Of a stretch of 64,000 nt of DNA, positions 14,141 to 28,637 are shown one piece after another. This stretch comes from the human T2T-CHM13v2.0 reference genome, Homo sapiens. Position 1 is the stretch's first letter, and every line of letters begins with the position of its first letter. The stretch lies in assembly GCF_009914755.1 (NCBI RefSeq), contig NC_060929.1. One strand, given 5' to 3'. Below the pieces are notes generated by a model. That model ran no database searches and had not been told where the DNA came from. It saw only the letters and a list, made by a program, of their open reading frames with translations. The translations under genes were made by a program, and so were the position numbers.

Positions 14141-14399
14141 CCGATAAGTAAATTGGGAAAGAGCTGAAACATCACAGAATGATTTCAGTACAGGCCAGTG
14201 TAGAATTGCAGACGTGGAAGGTTAAAACAAGGTACATTGATATAAGATGAAGGAAAGATAATGATGCAGTAATATACATTAAAAGATGGAAGGACTGTAG
14301 TATGTTGCCTGTGAATCAGCAGGTGTCAAGTTTTGAAAACAAAGATGTACAAGGATGAATAAAAAGTATGTCTAGAATATGGGAGTGGTGGTTTAATTT

Positions 14400-14860
14400 G
14401 GCTATTTTACTACTCTTAAATTAGATCTTTGTATCTGAGGTGGAACTCCTCAGCTAAAGAAAAATGAAAACAATTGGAAAGAGCCAGAAGAGACCTATGA
14501 AGATGAGTAATGGGTAGAAAATAAAATTTAAAAATCAATAAATATATATGTAGTGTTTTGTCCATGCAAAATAAAGCCCTTTGAGGAGGATAAAATGTAG
14601 AAAATTATTGTAATAGCAAAAGAGAAATATAATGCTTTTACATATATGGTTTCAATTCAGAAAAAAATGCAGCTATTTTTCTCTTTGCATCCATACTCAA
14701 AATAAAACAGAATAAAAGAAGTTCAAGCAGGTGCACGAAATATTTATATGAGAGATAAATATTTTTAACTTGGAATTAATAACTGTTAGAATGAATTTCA
14801 AGCCTTCTCTGAGATCTTTTAAAATAGAGTTCCTTCTCATATGTTTGGGCTGTGGGGCAC
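14400..14860 (+). mobile_element. L3/CR1 LINE remnant
   Basis: acaattggaaagagccagaagagacctatgaagatgagtaatgggtagaaa resembles the CR1 ORF2 3' end (LERVQRRATRM region). Confidence 0.45.
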
Positions 14861-15527
14861 TGTACTGCTCAAAGGTAAAGTGACCAGTTAGACGACTATA
14901 TGCTTCATGAGGACAGGAATCCTGTGTTGGGTGAATTCACATCTGATAGGCTGGAGCATAATGGTCTCTAAAATATTTGCTAAGTATGTGTTGATGTTAA
15001 TTTGCATTTCACTTAGTTGTTAATTATATATGTTTGGAATCTGCTTTATGGATCTGCTTAACAAATATTACGTTTATATTAGGTGGTATCATCATACATA
15101 CATGGCATCATACATAGACTGCCAACTTTCTAGCTGCTGTGTTTTCAGTGAATAGAAGCTAGATGTGCTAAGTAAAAGATGATGACAACAAGATACTGAT
15201 AGAATTTCCAGTTATCTGCAATTTTGGATCATCTGATCCATTATCTCCATCTATTATCAACTAAGCATTCATTTGAAGAGTAATTATGGAAGATGAGGTT
15301 TGTTAATATTATAAGTTATACTGAATACAAAGGACAACGGTCATAACACCTTTATGAATAGACTCAATATTGCATCCAGGTCATCATGGAATTGAGCAAT
15401 AGAATTTAGGTTCAGTAAAGAAACTTAAGGACCATCTTCTACCCAATCTTCTCTTCTTCTCTAGTTATCTCATTATTTAAGTGATGATGTGATTGAAACC
15501 TAACTATGTTAAGAGACTTGCCCAATT

Positions 15528-16159
15528 ACACTGTTGGTGGGAGTGTAAATTAGTTCAACCATTGTGGAAGACAGTGTGGCAATTCCTCAAGGATCTAGAA
15601 CTAGAAATACCGTTTGACCCAGCAATCCCATTATTGGGTATATACCTAAAGGATTATAAATCATTCTACTATAAAGACACATGCACACATATGTTTATTG
15701 CAGCACTATTCACAATAGCAAAGACTTGGAACCAACCCAAATGTCCATCAGTGATAGACTGGATAAAGAAATGTGGCACATATACACCATGGAATACTAT
15801 GCAGCCATAAAAAAGGATGAGTTCATGTCCTTTGCAGGGACATGGATGAAGCTGGAAACTATCATTCTCAGCAAACTAATACAGGAACAGAAAACCAAAC
15901 ACCACATGTTCTCACTCATAAGTGGGAGTTGAACAATGAGAACACATGGACACAGGGAGGGGAACATCACACACTGGGGCCCATCGAGGGGTGGGGAGCT
16001 AGGGGAGGGATAGCATTAGGAGAAATACCTAATGTAGATGACGGGTTGATGGGTGCAGTAAACCACCATGGCACATGTATACCTATGTAACAAAACCGCA
16101 GGTTCTGCACATGTACCCCAGAACCTAAAGTATAATTAAAAAAAAAAAAAGAGAGAGAG
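15528..16159 (+). mobile_element. L1PA (PA7-like) 3' fragment inserted in a MIR
   Basis: ORF2 C-terminus ([17 protein letters not shown]) + 3'UTR + poly-A/(GA)n; TSD agagacttgc(c/g)caatt at 15512-15527 and 16160-16175. Confidence 0.95.
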
Positions 16160-17039
16160 AGAGACTTGCGCAATTTGAAATAACCTCTTTATGGCAGAAA
16201 CTGAACCAAAACCTACTTGAAAGAATTTCAATTTCCTGAAGCTAGATGAGAGTTTTCCAAGGCCTAGCTTAACATCAATATTAATTTCAATTGGTCAATA
16301 TAATCTCTACCTTCATATCATCTTGAGACTCAATTGGTTGGCCATTTTCATGATGCTTTAAGAACAAACTCAACACAGACATTAAACACATGCATATTAT
16401 GTTAGTTTTTCCTTATCTATATTTAAGGAAAGTATTATATTTGAGGAGAACTTAGGGGATGTGGCTAAAATTAGCCCTCCACTAGGAAGTATTTTTGAGT
16501 GTGAAGAAATGTGGAAGTTATTTAACTGTTTTACAGATGTTTTAAACTTGAGGCTCTTAGTTTTATTGATTTACTGTGATCTAATTAATCCATTCACCAC
16601 TGACCAAGGAAGTCATAGTGATTCAGTTCAAAAATCTCCCCAAGCCCTGCCTGAACTTCTCTGAAATCAGTAGAGTAGTTAATACATGATGAAAAGATTG
16701 TGGTTTGCTACAGAAAATTATCTTTATCTTAAATAATAAAAACAATCAAGGTGTCATAATGGTGGGAGTCACCAGCAATGGTAATGAATTATAATAAATA
16801 TCACAGTACAGTTGATATATTAAAAACAACAGCTTTCTTACAGCCACCAAGTAAACTGTTTTATATCATTTACAGCTAGGCCAGAGTTGTCCCTTGGACA
16901 TAAGGAGACATGCCTACCTTGGATGTTCAAACAAATGTTATATTGCCTAAGCAGGATATGTTCAAGGTTTTAGCCAATCACATTGCAGACAGCTATCTTT
17001 AAATATTAAAGGTTATTTCAAATTGCACAAGTCTCTCTC

Positions 17040-17140
17040 TTTTTTTTTTATTATACTTTAAGTTCTGGGATACATGTGCACAACCTGCAGGTTTGTTACA
17101 TAGGTGTACACGTGCCATGGTGGTTTGCTGCACCCATCAA
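17040..17140 (-). mobile_element. L1PA 3'-end fragment
   Basis: ttattatactttaagttctgggatacatgtgcac...gctgcacccatcaa. Confidence 0.9.
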
Positions 17141-17964
17141 ATTAACCATCAGGATAATTTAATCTGAATTGAGTTTCAGTATTAGAAAATAGAGCAGCCT
17201 TTTAAAAATAATGCCCTCCACATTAGCAAACAATCTCTGTCCTGTTTCCTTTATGCAGTTATAAAATTATGGATGTCAGGATTTTAACAAACTTGTGCTT
17301 GTAGACCCATAAATGGGAGGCACCCTAGAAAGCAGCCTCCATGACAGTTTCACATGTGATTCAGAGTGCTGAAAGGGTTCACTGTTTGGCTTCAACTCTT
17401 TATTGAGATCCTTAAAACTTAATTTCTGGGTGTTTTTTTTTTCCTTCACAAGAGAACAAACAAGCTATAGTTCGAGCCAGTAGTAACCCCAAGCATTTTT
17501 ATTAATGTTTGCTCAGCAACAGTCTGAGCTTTGTATGGTTGCTTTATCCCCAGTTCACTGTGTATCAGCAATTTCCTGTTCACCATCTGGGAAAGTCAGA
17601 TGTAACTCTTATGAGAAGAGGCACCAACGTTTCCTCTGTACTTCATTATTTCAGATGTAATCAAAGGAGTAAATCTACAGTGTGTTCTTGGCTGTAATAC
17701 AGTGGAGTTGTCCATTGTCTGGATACAAATCCATTTGTGTTCATCTTCTAAAGGAAACTCTTTTCCAGATACAGTTCTGTTAAATACTATATCAATACTT
17801 AATGCTTAAGGTTTGTCAGGTTCAAGCTGATAAACCCTACTTTTAAAAAACCTAATATTCTTATATCTTGATGGTGATACTCTTCGGGGCTCTAGAGGTT
17901 CTTGCTACCACTTTTGTAAGGAGACATTGCTCAGTGCCCAGCCCCAGCAGCCTTTTTGTTCAGA

Positions 17965-18228
17965 GAAGCAGTGTGCACAGTGGTTAGAGCACAGACTCGG
18001 GAGCCAGACCAATGCTTGGGTTCAAACTCTGGTTCTGCCTCCTCCTAGGATTTAACCTTGAGAAGTTAAATAAGCTCTCTGTGCCTCAGTTCCTCCATTT
18101 ATAAAATGGGGATTATAATTCTAGTAATTACCTCTTAGGATTATTGTGAGGATTAAATAAGTTATTCTAAGTGATTACTGAAAAGAGTGCTTAGCACTTA
18201 GTGGGCAATACTTAAAGGTTAGATATTT
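17965..18228 (+). mobile_element. Near full-length MIR
   Basis: cagtggttagagcacagactcgggagccagac...ctctgtgcctcagttcctccatttataaaatgggg. Confidence 0.9.
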
Positions 18229-18244
18229 GTATAGCTGCTCTTAT

Positions 18245-18568
18245 CTCAAGGATTTGCATTTGCTGTCTCTTCTATCTAGGATGTTCTTTCAGACTCCACA
18301 TGGTATGCCCTCTCCAAATGTCACTCCTCAAATAGGCCTTTCCTGGTCATCTTTTTCACTGTTCCTATTTGCTGCTTTATTTTTTTTAAAACCTTGACCA
18401 CCATCCAATATTATATTTTATATTTATTTTATATTTTGAACTCCCTGTTTCTTCAAAAAGAAAGCAATCTGAGTGAGGTCTTTTGTATAAGACTGTATAC
18501 TTGGAGTCTAGAACAGTGTCTGGAATGTGTATAGGAGATACTCAACAAATATTTGGAGAATGAATGAA
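18245..18568 (+). mobile_element. L2a 3' end
   Basis: Ends tagaacagtgtctgg...ctcaacaaatatttggagaatgaatgaa. Confidence 0.8.
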
Positions 18569-19591
18569 GAAATTATTATAGAAAGATATTTATATTAGAA
18601 TGCATTTCTGTAGATGCATGAATCTCTCTATCAGAACTCTCCAGAGCACAAAATAATCACAATTACTACAAGATAAATTAGATCTTGGTTTAGGCTGTGC
18701 TTGCACTGAATTGAACACTAAGCTCATATGAAACACTTAAGATTGTCTGCAGTGATTCACAACATAAGCCTGATATTTTAGTTTGACTTCTCAAAGTCAG
18801 TTATATTTTCAGTATAAATGAAGTAAAACATACACTTGAAACTGAAAAAAATAGTACAAGTTTAAAGATTTAAGACAGTTCTCTACACACAAAAATGATA
18901 ATACTTTCTATCACTGGTCAAGAAAAAGTCACTTTTTTAAGTAGTAATCACTTGTGTGCATTTTTTTCAGTATTGCTATTAAAAGAACTTTCTCATTTTC
19001 AATTTTGAATCATTCAACAATGAAATGTTAGAGCTGTTGCCTTGCTTTACCACATACCACAGGGTAAAATAGCCAAAGGTTGTTTAAGTGGGTTAAGTAA
19101 AAATGGAGAATGTCAGTAAAATGGAAGACCTCCTAACCCACAGCAGAATTGCACTTGCTTTGATACTGTTATTTCAATAATGTCAAACAAAAATGAATTG
19201 ACTTTGCCTTTTGAAATTTTATTTAGGTACACGCTGTCAGTACTTTAAAGATAAAAGAATAAATGTTTCTTCTTTCTTGAACCCTTGTTATGTACCAGTA
19301 TGCTTAGCATTGAGCTGGATACAAAAATGCATAAAGTTCTGTTCTTGAAAAGTTTATAGTCTGTTTAGAGCAACAAGACAAAAAACCTGTAAGAAATCAG
19401 TACATATCAGTAAATCATTAGTTTCTAAAGAAATTCAGATGTAGGAAGATTATTGTGGGTGGTTGAGAACACAAGAAGAGAGTGATGCTTTGCCAAGCAT
19501 TAAAGGATGAAAAGCATTTTATTAGGTAATTTGGAAGGAGAAGAGAACATTCCATGCATGAAACACAGCCTGAGCAAAGATAAAAATGAGC

Positions 19592-21608
19592 AAATTATAC
19601 CAGACATTCAAAAAGAAGAATTGGCACCATTACTGTTGACACTATTCCACAAGATAGAGAAAGAGGGAATCCTCCCTAAATCATTCTATGAAGCCAGTGT
19701 CACCCTGATACCAAGACCAGGAAAGGACATAACCAAAAAAGAAGACTACGGACCAATATCCCTGATGAACATACATGCAAAAATCCTCAACAAAATACTG
19801 GCTAACGGAATCCAACAACATATCAAAAATATAATCCACCATGATCAAGTAGGTTTCATACCAGGCATGCAGGGATGGTTTAACATATGCAAGTCAATAA
19901 ATGTGGTATGCCACATAAGCAGAATTAAAAACAAAAATCACATGATCCCCTCAACAGATGCAGAAAAAGCATTTGACAAAATCCAGCATTCCTTTATGAT
20001 TAAAACTCTCAGCAAAATTGGCATACAAGGGACATACCTCAAGGTAATAAAAGCCATCTATGACAAACCCACAGCCAACATAACACTGAATGGGGAAAAG
20101 TTGAGAACTGCAATAAGACAAGGACGCCCACTCTCACTACTTTTCTTCAACTTAGTACTGGAAGTCCTAGCCAGAGCAATCAGACAAGAGAAAGAAATAA
20201 GGGCATCCAAATCAGTAAAGAGGAGGTCAAACTGTTGCTGTTTACTGATTATATGATTGTTTACCTAGAAAACCCTAAAGACTCCTCCAGAAAGTTTCTA
20301 GAACCGATAAAAGAATTCAGCAAAGTTTCTGGATACAAAATTAATGTACACAAATCAGTAGCTCTTCTATACACCAACAGCGACCAAGCTGAGAATCAAG
20401 TCAAGAACTCAACACCTCTTATAATAGCTGCAAAAAAATAAAATACTTAGGAATACACTAAGGAGGTGAAAGACCTCTAGAAGGAAAACTACAAAACACT
20501 GCTGAAAGAAATCATAGACAACACAAACAAATGGAAACGCATCCCATGCTCATGGATGGGTAGAATAAATGTTGTGAAAATGACCATATTGCCAAAAGCA
20601 ATCTATAAATTCACCACAATTCCCAACAAAATATCATCATCATTCTTCACAGAACTAGAAAAAACAATCCTAAAATTCATATGGAATCAAAAAAGAGCCT
20701 GCAGAGCCAAAGCAAGACTAAGCAAAAAGAACAAATCTGGAGGCATCACATTACCTGATTTCAAGCTATGATATAAGGCCATTGTCACCAAAACAGCATG
20801 ATACTGGTATAAAAATAGGCACATAGACCAATGGAACAGAATAGAGAACCTAGAAATAAAGTCAAATACAGCCAACTGATCTGTGACAAAGCAAGCAAAA
20901 ACATAAAGTGAGGAAAGATACCCTATTCAACAAATGGTGCTGGGATAATTGGCAAGTCACATGTAGGAGGATGAAACAGGATCCTCATCTCTCACCTTAT
21001 ATAGAAATAAACTCAAGATGGGTTAAGGACTTAAATGTAAGACTTGAAACTATAAAAATTCTAGAAGATAACTAACGTTGGAAAACCCCTTCTACGCATT
21101 GGCTCAGGCAAGGATTTCATGACCAAGAACCAAAAGCAAATGCAGTAAGAACAAAGACGAACAGCTGGGACTTAATTAAACTAAAGAGCTTTTGCATGGC
21201 AGAAGGAACAATCAGTGGAGTAAACAGACATCCCACAGAGTGGGAGAAAATCTTCACCATCTATACATCTCACCAAGGACTAATATCCAAAATCTACAAC
21301 AAACTCAAACAAATTAGCAAGAAAAGACAAACAATCCCATCCAAAAGTGGGCTAAGGACATGAATAGACAATTCTCAAAAGAAGATATACAAGTGGCCAA
21401 CAAACATATGAAAAAATGCTCAGCATCACTAATGATCCGGGAAATGCAAACCAAAACCACAATGCAATACCACCTTACTCCTAGAAGAATGGCCATGATC
21501 AAAAAGTCAAAAAATAATAGATACCGGCGTGGATGCAGTGAACAGGAACACTTCTAAACTACTGGTGGGAATGTAAACTAGTACAACCACTATGAAAAAC
21601 AATGTGGT
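19592..21608 (+). mobile_element. L1 (L1PB-like) ORF2 internal fragment with decayed reverse transcriptase
   Basis: RT motifs [31 protein letters not shown] and [11 protein letters not shown]; catalytic FADD reads FTDY; frameshifts; no 3'UTR or poly-A. Confidence 0.93.
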
Positions 21609-21776
21609 GACTATTGTAGAATAAAATAGTACTGATCTGGGAGTTCAAAGATCTGAATTTGCGCTCTAGTTGCCACGCCTAGTAACTGTGAACAAATTTC
21701 TTAGTCAAACAGTTCCCTTATTGTTATAAAAAAGATAATATCCTTTATTTTTCCATAATTTTTCTCTTTACATGTA

Positions 21777-22223
21777 TGTATTAGAGTTCTCTAGAGGGAG
21801 GGACAGAACTGTGAGGATAGATGTGTGTATAAAGAGAAGTTTGTTAAGGAGTATTAACTCACATGTTCACAAGATGAGGTCCCACAATAGGCTGTATGCA
21901 AGCTGAGGAGCAACGAAGCCAGTCCAAGTCCCAAAGCTGAAGAACTTGGAGTCTGATGTTTGAAGATAGGAAGCATCCAGCATGGGAGAAAGATGTAGGC
22001 TCGGAGGCTAAGCCAGTCTCATCTTTCCATGTTCTTCTGCCTGCTTTTATTCTGGCTATGCTGGCAGCTGATTAGATTGTGCCCACCCAGATGAAGGTTA
22101 GGGTCTGCCTTTCCCAGTCCACTGACTCAAATGTTGATCTCCTTTGGCAACACCCTCACAGACACACCCAATAACAATACTTTGATCCTTCAAACAAGTT
22201 GACACTCAGTATTAACCATCACA
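21777..22223 (-). mobile_element. MLT2A (HERV-L) solo LTR inside a MIR
   Basis: TG...CA termini; ends gacactcagtattaaccatcaca; internal gaggagcaacgaagccagtccaagtcccaaagctgaagaacttggagtctgatg. Confidence 0.9.
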
Positions 22224-23725
22224 GTGTGACTAATGTGTTAGGATTCATGAGGTCTAATCATAAAGTGATACTATTTTGTCACTGGTTGTTTCTTTATAAT
22301 TTATTCAATGAAAGAAGTCTTCTGCCACTGAATAAAACCTTAGAAAACTTCTTGAAACCTCTAATAATTCTTTGGAAATAGAAAGCCTTGTGATTACTGT
22401 AAATCACAAAGATAGTCTTGACGCAATTATTTAAAAATCTAGTCCCATGGGATTGTCAAAGTAGCTAACTTTATTTAGTTAAAACTACTATCCTTCCAAC
22501 AGCAAGGACTTACTAAGGCATAAAGTTTATGAATAGGGAAGAGCGTGTGGTTAGCCTCTTTTTCCCTGCCTCTTTACACTTCTGCTAATTAATCTTTATT
22601 TCTGTCTCTTCTGGGTTGGAACATGGGGAGGAAGAATATGGAAGAGAGGCAGGAAAATACTGGCACATTTATTTGATTGGTACTGTCATAAGTTGGCTGC
22701 CATCCTCTGGACAGTTGCTTATGATTTGCACAATCTCTAGCAACTCAGTACCTTCTGCCTGTCTCTGCTGAGGCCTAATGGCCCTTCCAGAAGGTTCTAT
22801 CAGACAAGAACTAGGATCATATTATTCTAGCTTTCTCTTGTGCAATGTACCAGATAAATCTGTGCAACACTTTGGCCCAATAAACTTTTGAAGTGCAAGT
22901 TTACCCAACCTAACCACCTCTTTTTCTAGCCTGCTGCTAGAGTAGCAAGCCAGCCTCTCTCTCACACTGGAGATTTTCCAAAGAGGGTCAAAACCAGAAC
23001 TCTTCATCCCTTCCCCTCAGCTCCAGGGGACACACAGTTACTTCTACATAGCACAATTGTAGGTATCTTGTTCTCTCTTTTTCCTATACAAGTGCATGCC
23101 AAAAAAATAAATAAATAAAACTAATCCTTTCCTTTTCTAAACTTTCTTTCTCTCTTTCTGACTTTCTTTCTCTCTTTCCTTTGACATGTAAAGATATCTA
23201 GCCTGTTCTCAGCCACGTAGTTTCACAAGTTGCTCTGATGCTTTCTGTCTTCCAGCTTACTTCGATACCTGATGCCTTAGGTTCTTGATCAAAACTTCCA
23301 GTTTAACAGCAAGATCTATCAATTTTTGTAAAGTGACTTAAATAAATGAAAGTCGCAAAAAAGATACAGCTTTTTTTGCATCTTCAGTAGTTAGGCAACA
23401 CTAACAGAAGTTTATTTGACTCTAGTTACTTTGCCTACAATTCCATTAAGTCACCTGTAGATGGGTGATGGTGACCGGATTATAACCAATTTATCTAAAA
23501 ACCCAGGCCTATTGGTGTGACTTTCATATTGCAGCCTATATTTATCATGCATTCTGCTTTTCCTTAAAAAAAAAAAATAAACCAAGACCACTGAACTGAA
23601 CCAATTGATAATTATCCATGTTAACAAAATATATCTTAAAAAGTGATATGGTTTAAAGATTTAAGAATAATTTCTAGGTAAACTAGTAAACCTTTCTCCT
23701 TTACCCTAGAGTTTATGTGACACAG

Positions 23726-23814
23726 CACTGGTTTATTCTCATAAAGCTTGTGTTTGTTTATGGATTTGTCACTGGTTTATCCCCATAAATTCACATGTTT
23801 GTTTATGGATTTGT
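23726..23814. repeat. Tandem duplication of a 44/45-bp unit
   Basis: cactggtttat....ataaa.....tgtttgtttatggatttgt occurs twice head-to-tail. Confidence 0.9.
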
Positions 23815-24309
23815 CAGGCCAAGTCTCTGTTTAAATGCATTGTCTGATGATCCAGGATGTCTACTTCATTCTTTTGAAATAGTTAAGTCTAGGCTCAGTG
23901 GACCTTACAGTTAGGATAACAGCAGATTATTTCAGCATTTTAAAAAAAGTCTTAAAACTTTCCATATGGTGATCTACTTGGAACAAGTTAGCCCATTTGG
24001 AATAAATGATTAAATACTTAACTAAATACACGAATTTTACACTAAATGGCCATACCTGGACACTTGTTGCCCTTTATATTAATTCAAAATCAAGACAAAT
24101 ATTATCACTCAATGTAATTCTGGATAGCTTGTGTTTAGGCAAACACTGGGATTTAAGGGATGACTATAACCAAATGAAATGAATTTTCATAAGAAAAATG
24201 GCAATCTCAGACAAATATAAAGCTCACATAACCAGTGTATCTTGATTATTTTTGAAGGGGGAGTGCTTTAGATGAAAGAAACAAACTGGTTGTAAGCAAG
24301 AATGACAAT

Positions 24310-24420
24310 ACAGTGCTACGGGTTCCACAGGGCCAACTTTAGGGCTTGAGCATCCTTAGATTTTGGTATCTGCAGGAGGCCCTGGAATCAATGCACCACA
24401 AATACTGAGGGACAACTGTA
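24310..24420 (-). mobile_element. MER2-type Tigger terminal fragment
   Basis: cttgagcatccttagattttggtatctgcagg...tactgagggacaactgta (TIR + TA). Confidence 0.75.
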
Positions 24421-25113
24421 TGTGAGGTTTGGAAACACCTCATAAAAATTTACAGACTTATCAGTTATCTAATGCAACTGTTCCTCTGACATGAGTCATG
24501 TGCGGGCCTGCCAGGGAGAATTCCAGATGTCCTCCTCCAGATCCTGCTGGTAAGGAATTAGAAAAATAATTAACTATACCAATCTGGGTACTTGTGCTGA
24601 CACTAAGGGTCTACATTTTTTGGAAATAAAGCATTAGGACTCTTTTCCAGTTGGATAAGGTATTCCTTGGGTGGTATCTTGACATTTGAGGACTAGCATT
24701 AATTTGCTTGAAACAACAGCATGTTAATAAGAACACTGCAATATTAATTCAGTATATCTTTTCCCGTTGTTCTGAAAGAGACATCAGCGGTCTAGCTCCC
24801 TGATTTGGTAGTAGGAAATCTCAAATCTCAGTTTGGCTTCTAAATAGTGTACTTTGTGCCTCTGACCCTTTCATATAAAATTAACAATTCTCAGCACTTC
24901 ACAATGTCCTTATCCTATTTTATTTTTCCATCATGGCATTGTTGATATCATTATCAATATCAGGTATAGTATGTATTTATTTGTATGCATTTTCATATTT
25001 TCTGTATTTCAGGTATCTGTGTTGGATTCTGGCTTGGGTTTAAAAGACAGTTTTTTGTTTTTTAAAAAAGTCTTTCTAATAACTTAGCTCTGAACAAGGT
25101 TAGACTAAAAAGA

Positions 25114-25376
25114 ATTTGGGAGGCTGAGGTAGGAGGATTGCTTGAACCCAGGAGTTCAAGACCACCCTTGGCAACATAGAGAGACCCTGGCTCTACAAAA
25201 TAAATTAAAAATTAGCGAGGCATGGTGGTGTGTGCCTGTGGTTCCAGGTACTCAGGAGCTGAGGTGGGAGGATTGCTTGAGCCCAGAAGGTTGAGGCTGC
25301 AGTGAGATGCAGTTGTACTGCTGCATTCCAGCCTGGGTGATGGAGTGAGACCCTGTCTTGAAAAATAAAATTAAAT
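25114..25376 (+). mobile_element. AluJ, 5'-truncated
   Basis: ggaggattgcttgagcccag, diagnostic of AluJ. Confidence 0.9.
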
Positions 25377-25737
25377 ATTTCAAAAGGATCCAGACAAAGT
25401 GATATCCACTAGAATGTAAGCTCCAGGAGGGCAAGGACTTTTTGCAGCTGCGGTTGTTCACTTCTCTAACCCTGGAGCCTCGAACATTTTCTGACCTATA
25501 GCCAATGCTCAATAGTCAGGAAGGAATGGAGATTAAAATTAATGCTTGTCTTATGGATTTCTTGTGAAGATTAAACTAAAGATTGCATATAAACTTAGCA
25601 CAACATGAGATACAGAATCCAAAAACCCTAAAAGGCTCCTTATGGCACCCAGACTTTTAAATGTATGAATTTCATCCCATAAACTGAAGATACTGATTAT
25701 ATGCATGTTTTAAATATATTCAACTTCTAAATATTAT

Positions 25738-26325
<588 letters not shown>

Positions 26326-26937
26326 ATTTGGCATCCTTGTTTATGTAAGTGGACTTTTTTACAATGATGAGAACCTCACTCTGATGTCATTAACAATTCA
26401 CCTTATGTTTGCTATATAAAAACTTCTTTCATATAAAAGGTGGAAGAATATCCTGTTTACGATATTCATTTTAGCTAACCATAGACTGAAGACCACTTGT
26501 GACTTTATTTGATCTGTATTTTGGCACTATTTATTTAATAATTATTACAGCCAAAACTAGAGAACAAACTTATTGGTTTTTCTTTTTTAAAATTAATCTC
26601 CTTTTCTTTTTCTTTTCAATAGTTAATCTAGAGGCAGTGCTCCACTTTGAACTTTAAGCAAATATAAGCCTTAACATTAGGGTCTCTGCAGTGAGTTTTT
26701 ATAAGGATTGAAGAAAGGGAGCTACAAGAAATAAGACATCAAATCTTAGGTTGTGTGATAGCCTGATACCTTCCATGTTTTCTTGAACATTTCTTCTAAA
26801 AAAAAAAAAAAGTGTATTTTAGAATCTAACTTTCCAAAATTGCTTTGTAGTAGCATTTACTGAATGGATTGTAGTGTTTTGTTAATAGCACTGTTTTGTT
26901 GATAGCACTGAAAAAAATGAAAACCTCTGCATATTTC

Positions 26938-27234
<297 letters not shown>

Positions 27235-28199
27235 TAGACCTAGCATTTTAAGTATCCTGAGGCTTGTTAAAGATGTCTATGTCACAGTCCAGTTGTAGTT
27301 TAAGAGAAACTTTTCTGTATCAATAAAGGGCAAATTTAGATTAAAAAAGTCAGGGAATAAACAGTATCAAAGGCCTCTCCTCCCCCCAGAAACATGCTTC
27401 TATAGTATTCTTCAGTTTGCTGATCTACTCAATATTAATGCTTTCTTCAGCTGTTAAGTTTTGATTCATTGCAGGCTAATAAAGGAAAGTGGAATTTTTC
27501 AGGGCGTGGTGAATTATTTTACCTCTACTACACTTCCTAAGGCCCCTCCACTCAGCTTTGATCTTATGGTTCATTCCTTGTCATTTTCATTGGGTTGAAG
27601 GGACCTCCAAAGGGAACATTGGTTTAATCACTGCTTCCTTCCTAATGTAGCTCTGATTGCTAAACTGTCTGGGGTTCTTTTGAAATCCTTATATTACAGC
27701 TCTCTTGGGCTTTCCTCTGCAATCACCCTTCACACAGTCTTTATTGGAGGGGTTACAAAATGATATATGTCACTCAGTCTCTCTAGGCCCTTTTTCTAAA
27801 ATTAGTAAAATGCACAGTCCTTGTATCTTTGGACCCTCAAGCCTTTATTTTAATTCTATGTGTTTATTAATTGTGGTCCCTACCCCTCAGAATCAGAGCA
27901 CATATACAAATCCTTGACCTTGAAAGTTTTATGGCCCCAGAGAAACAAAGATTAATCATAATTGTTATCTTCCTGAAAATCTCAAGCCCTGCTTCCCTTT
28001 TTAAGTGCACAGATGATTCCTGAACCAACAGGAAACAAAGTTGAGAAATTTTTGAGCGTTTCTTTTCTTTGCCATTGTCCAGAAAGAGAATATAGTTCTC
28101 CCAAGACTGTCCAATTCATTTTCATATTGTTAAAGTAACAAATGTCCTTCTTGATTCTAATCTCATCTCGTTCTTGGCAAATAAGATTTCACTGTCTTA

Positions 28200-28440
28200 A
28201 CTTCCCTGCACATAATAATTCACTCCTTTCCTTGCGCTCCAGCCAAACTCCAGGTGGTTTTGCTATCACATTTAAAACACTGTCTAAGTTACTGCATAGT
28301 GTGAGCCTCTTCTCCATACCAAACTCTGATCTCCAGCTCAGGAAGCATGTCTTATTCATCACTGTATGTCCAGAGCATAGCAAATAGCATGCACATAGTT
28401 ACTGCTTAATAAATGCATATACAATGAATGAATAATGAAT
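28200..28440 (+). mobile_element. L2 3' end
   Basis: cttattcatcactgtatgtccagagcatagc...aatgaatgaataatgaat. Confidence 0.7.
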
Positions 28441-28562
28441 AGCAGTCATGTAGAAGTCAGTAGTGGGTTTTCCGTTAGCATAAGATCAAGAATTTTGTCC
28501 ATTATATGGCACAATAGCCCTGCTGCTTTCATACTGAAAGTTGTGCTTCATTTCAACTACTC

Positions 28563-28565
28563 TGT

Positions 28566-28635
<70 letters not shown>
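28563..28635. repeat. Compound (TG)n(AG)n microsatellite
   Basis: Seen directly. Confidence 0.97.

Positions 28636-28637
<2 letters not shown>

Noticed and set aside
22430-23450. Possible ancient LTR or unique element
   Set aside because: Could not assign a family or boundaries from the sequence alone.
23726-23814. Repeat pairs (here and at 33757-33803) as CRISPR-like arrays
   Set aside because: Only two adjacent units, no spacers, mammalian intron, no cas genes.
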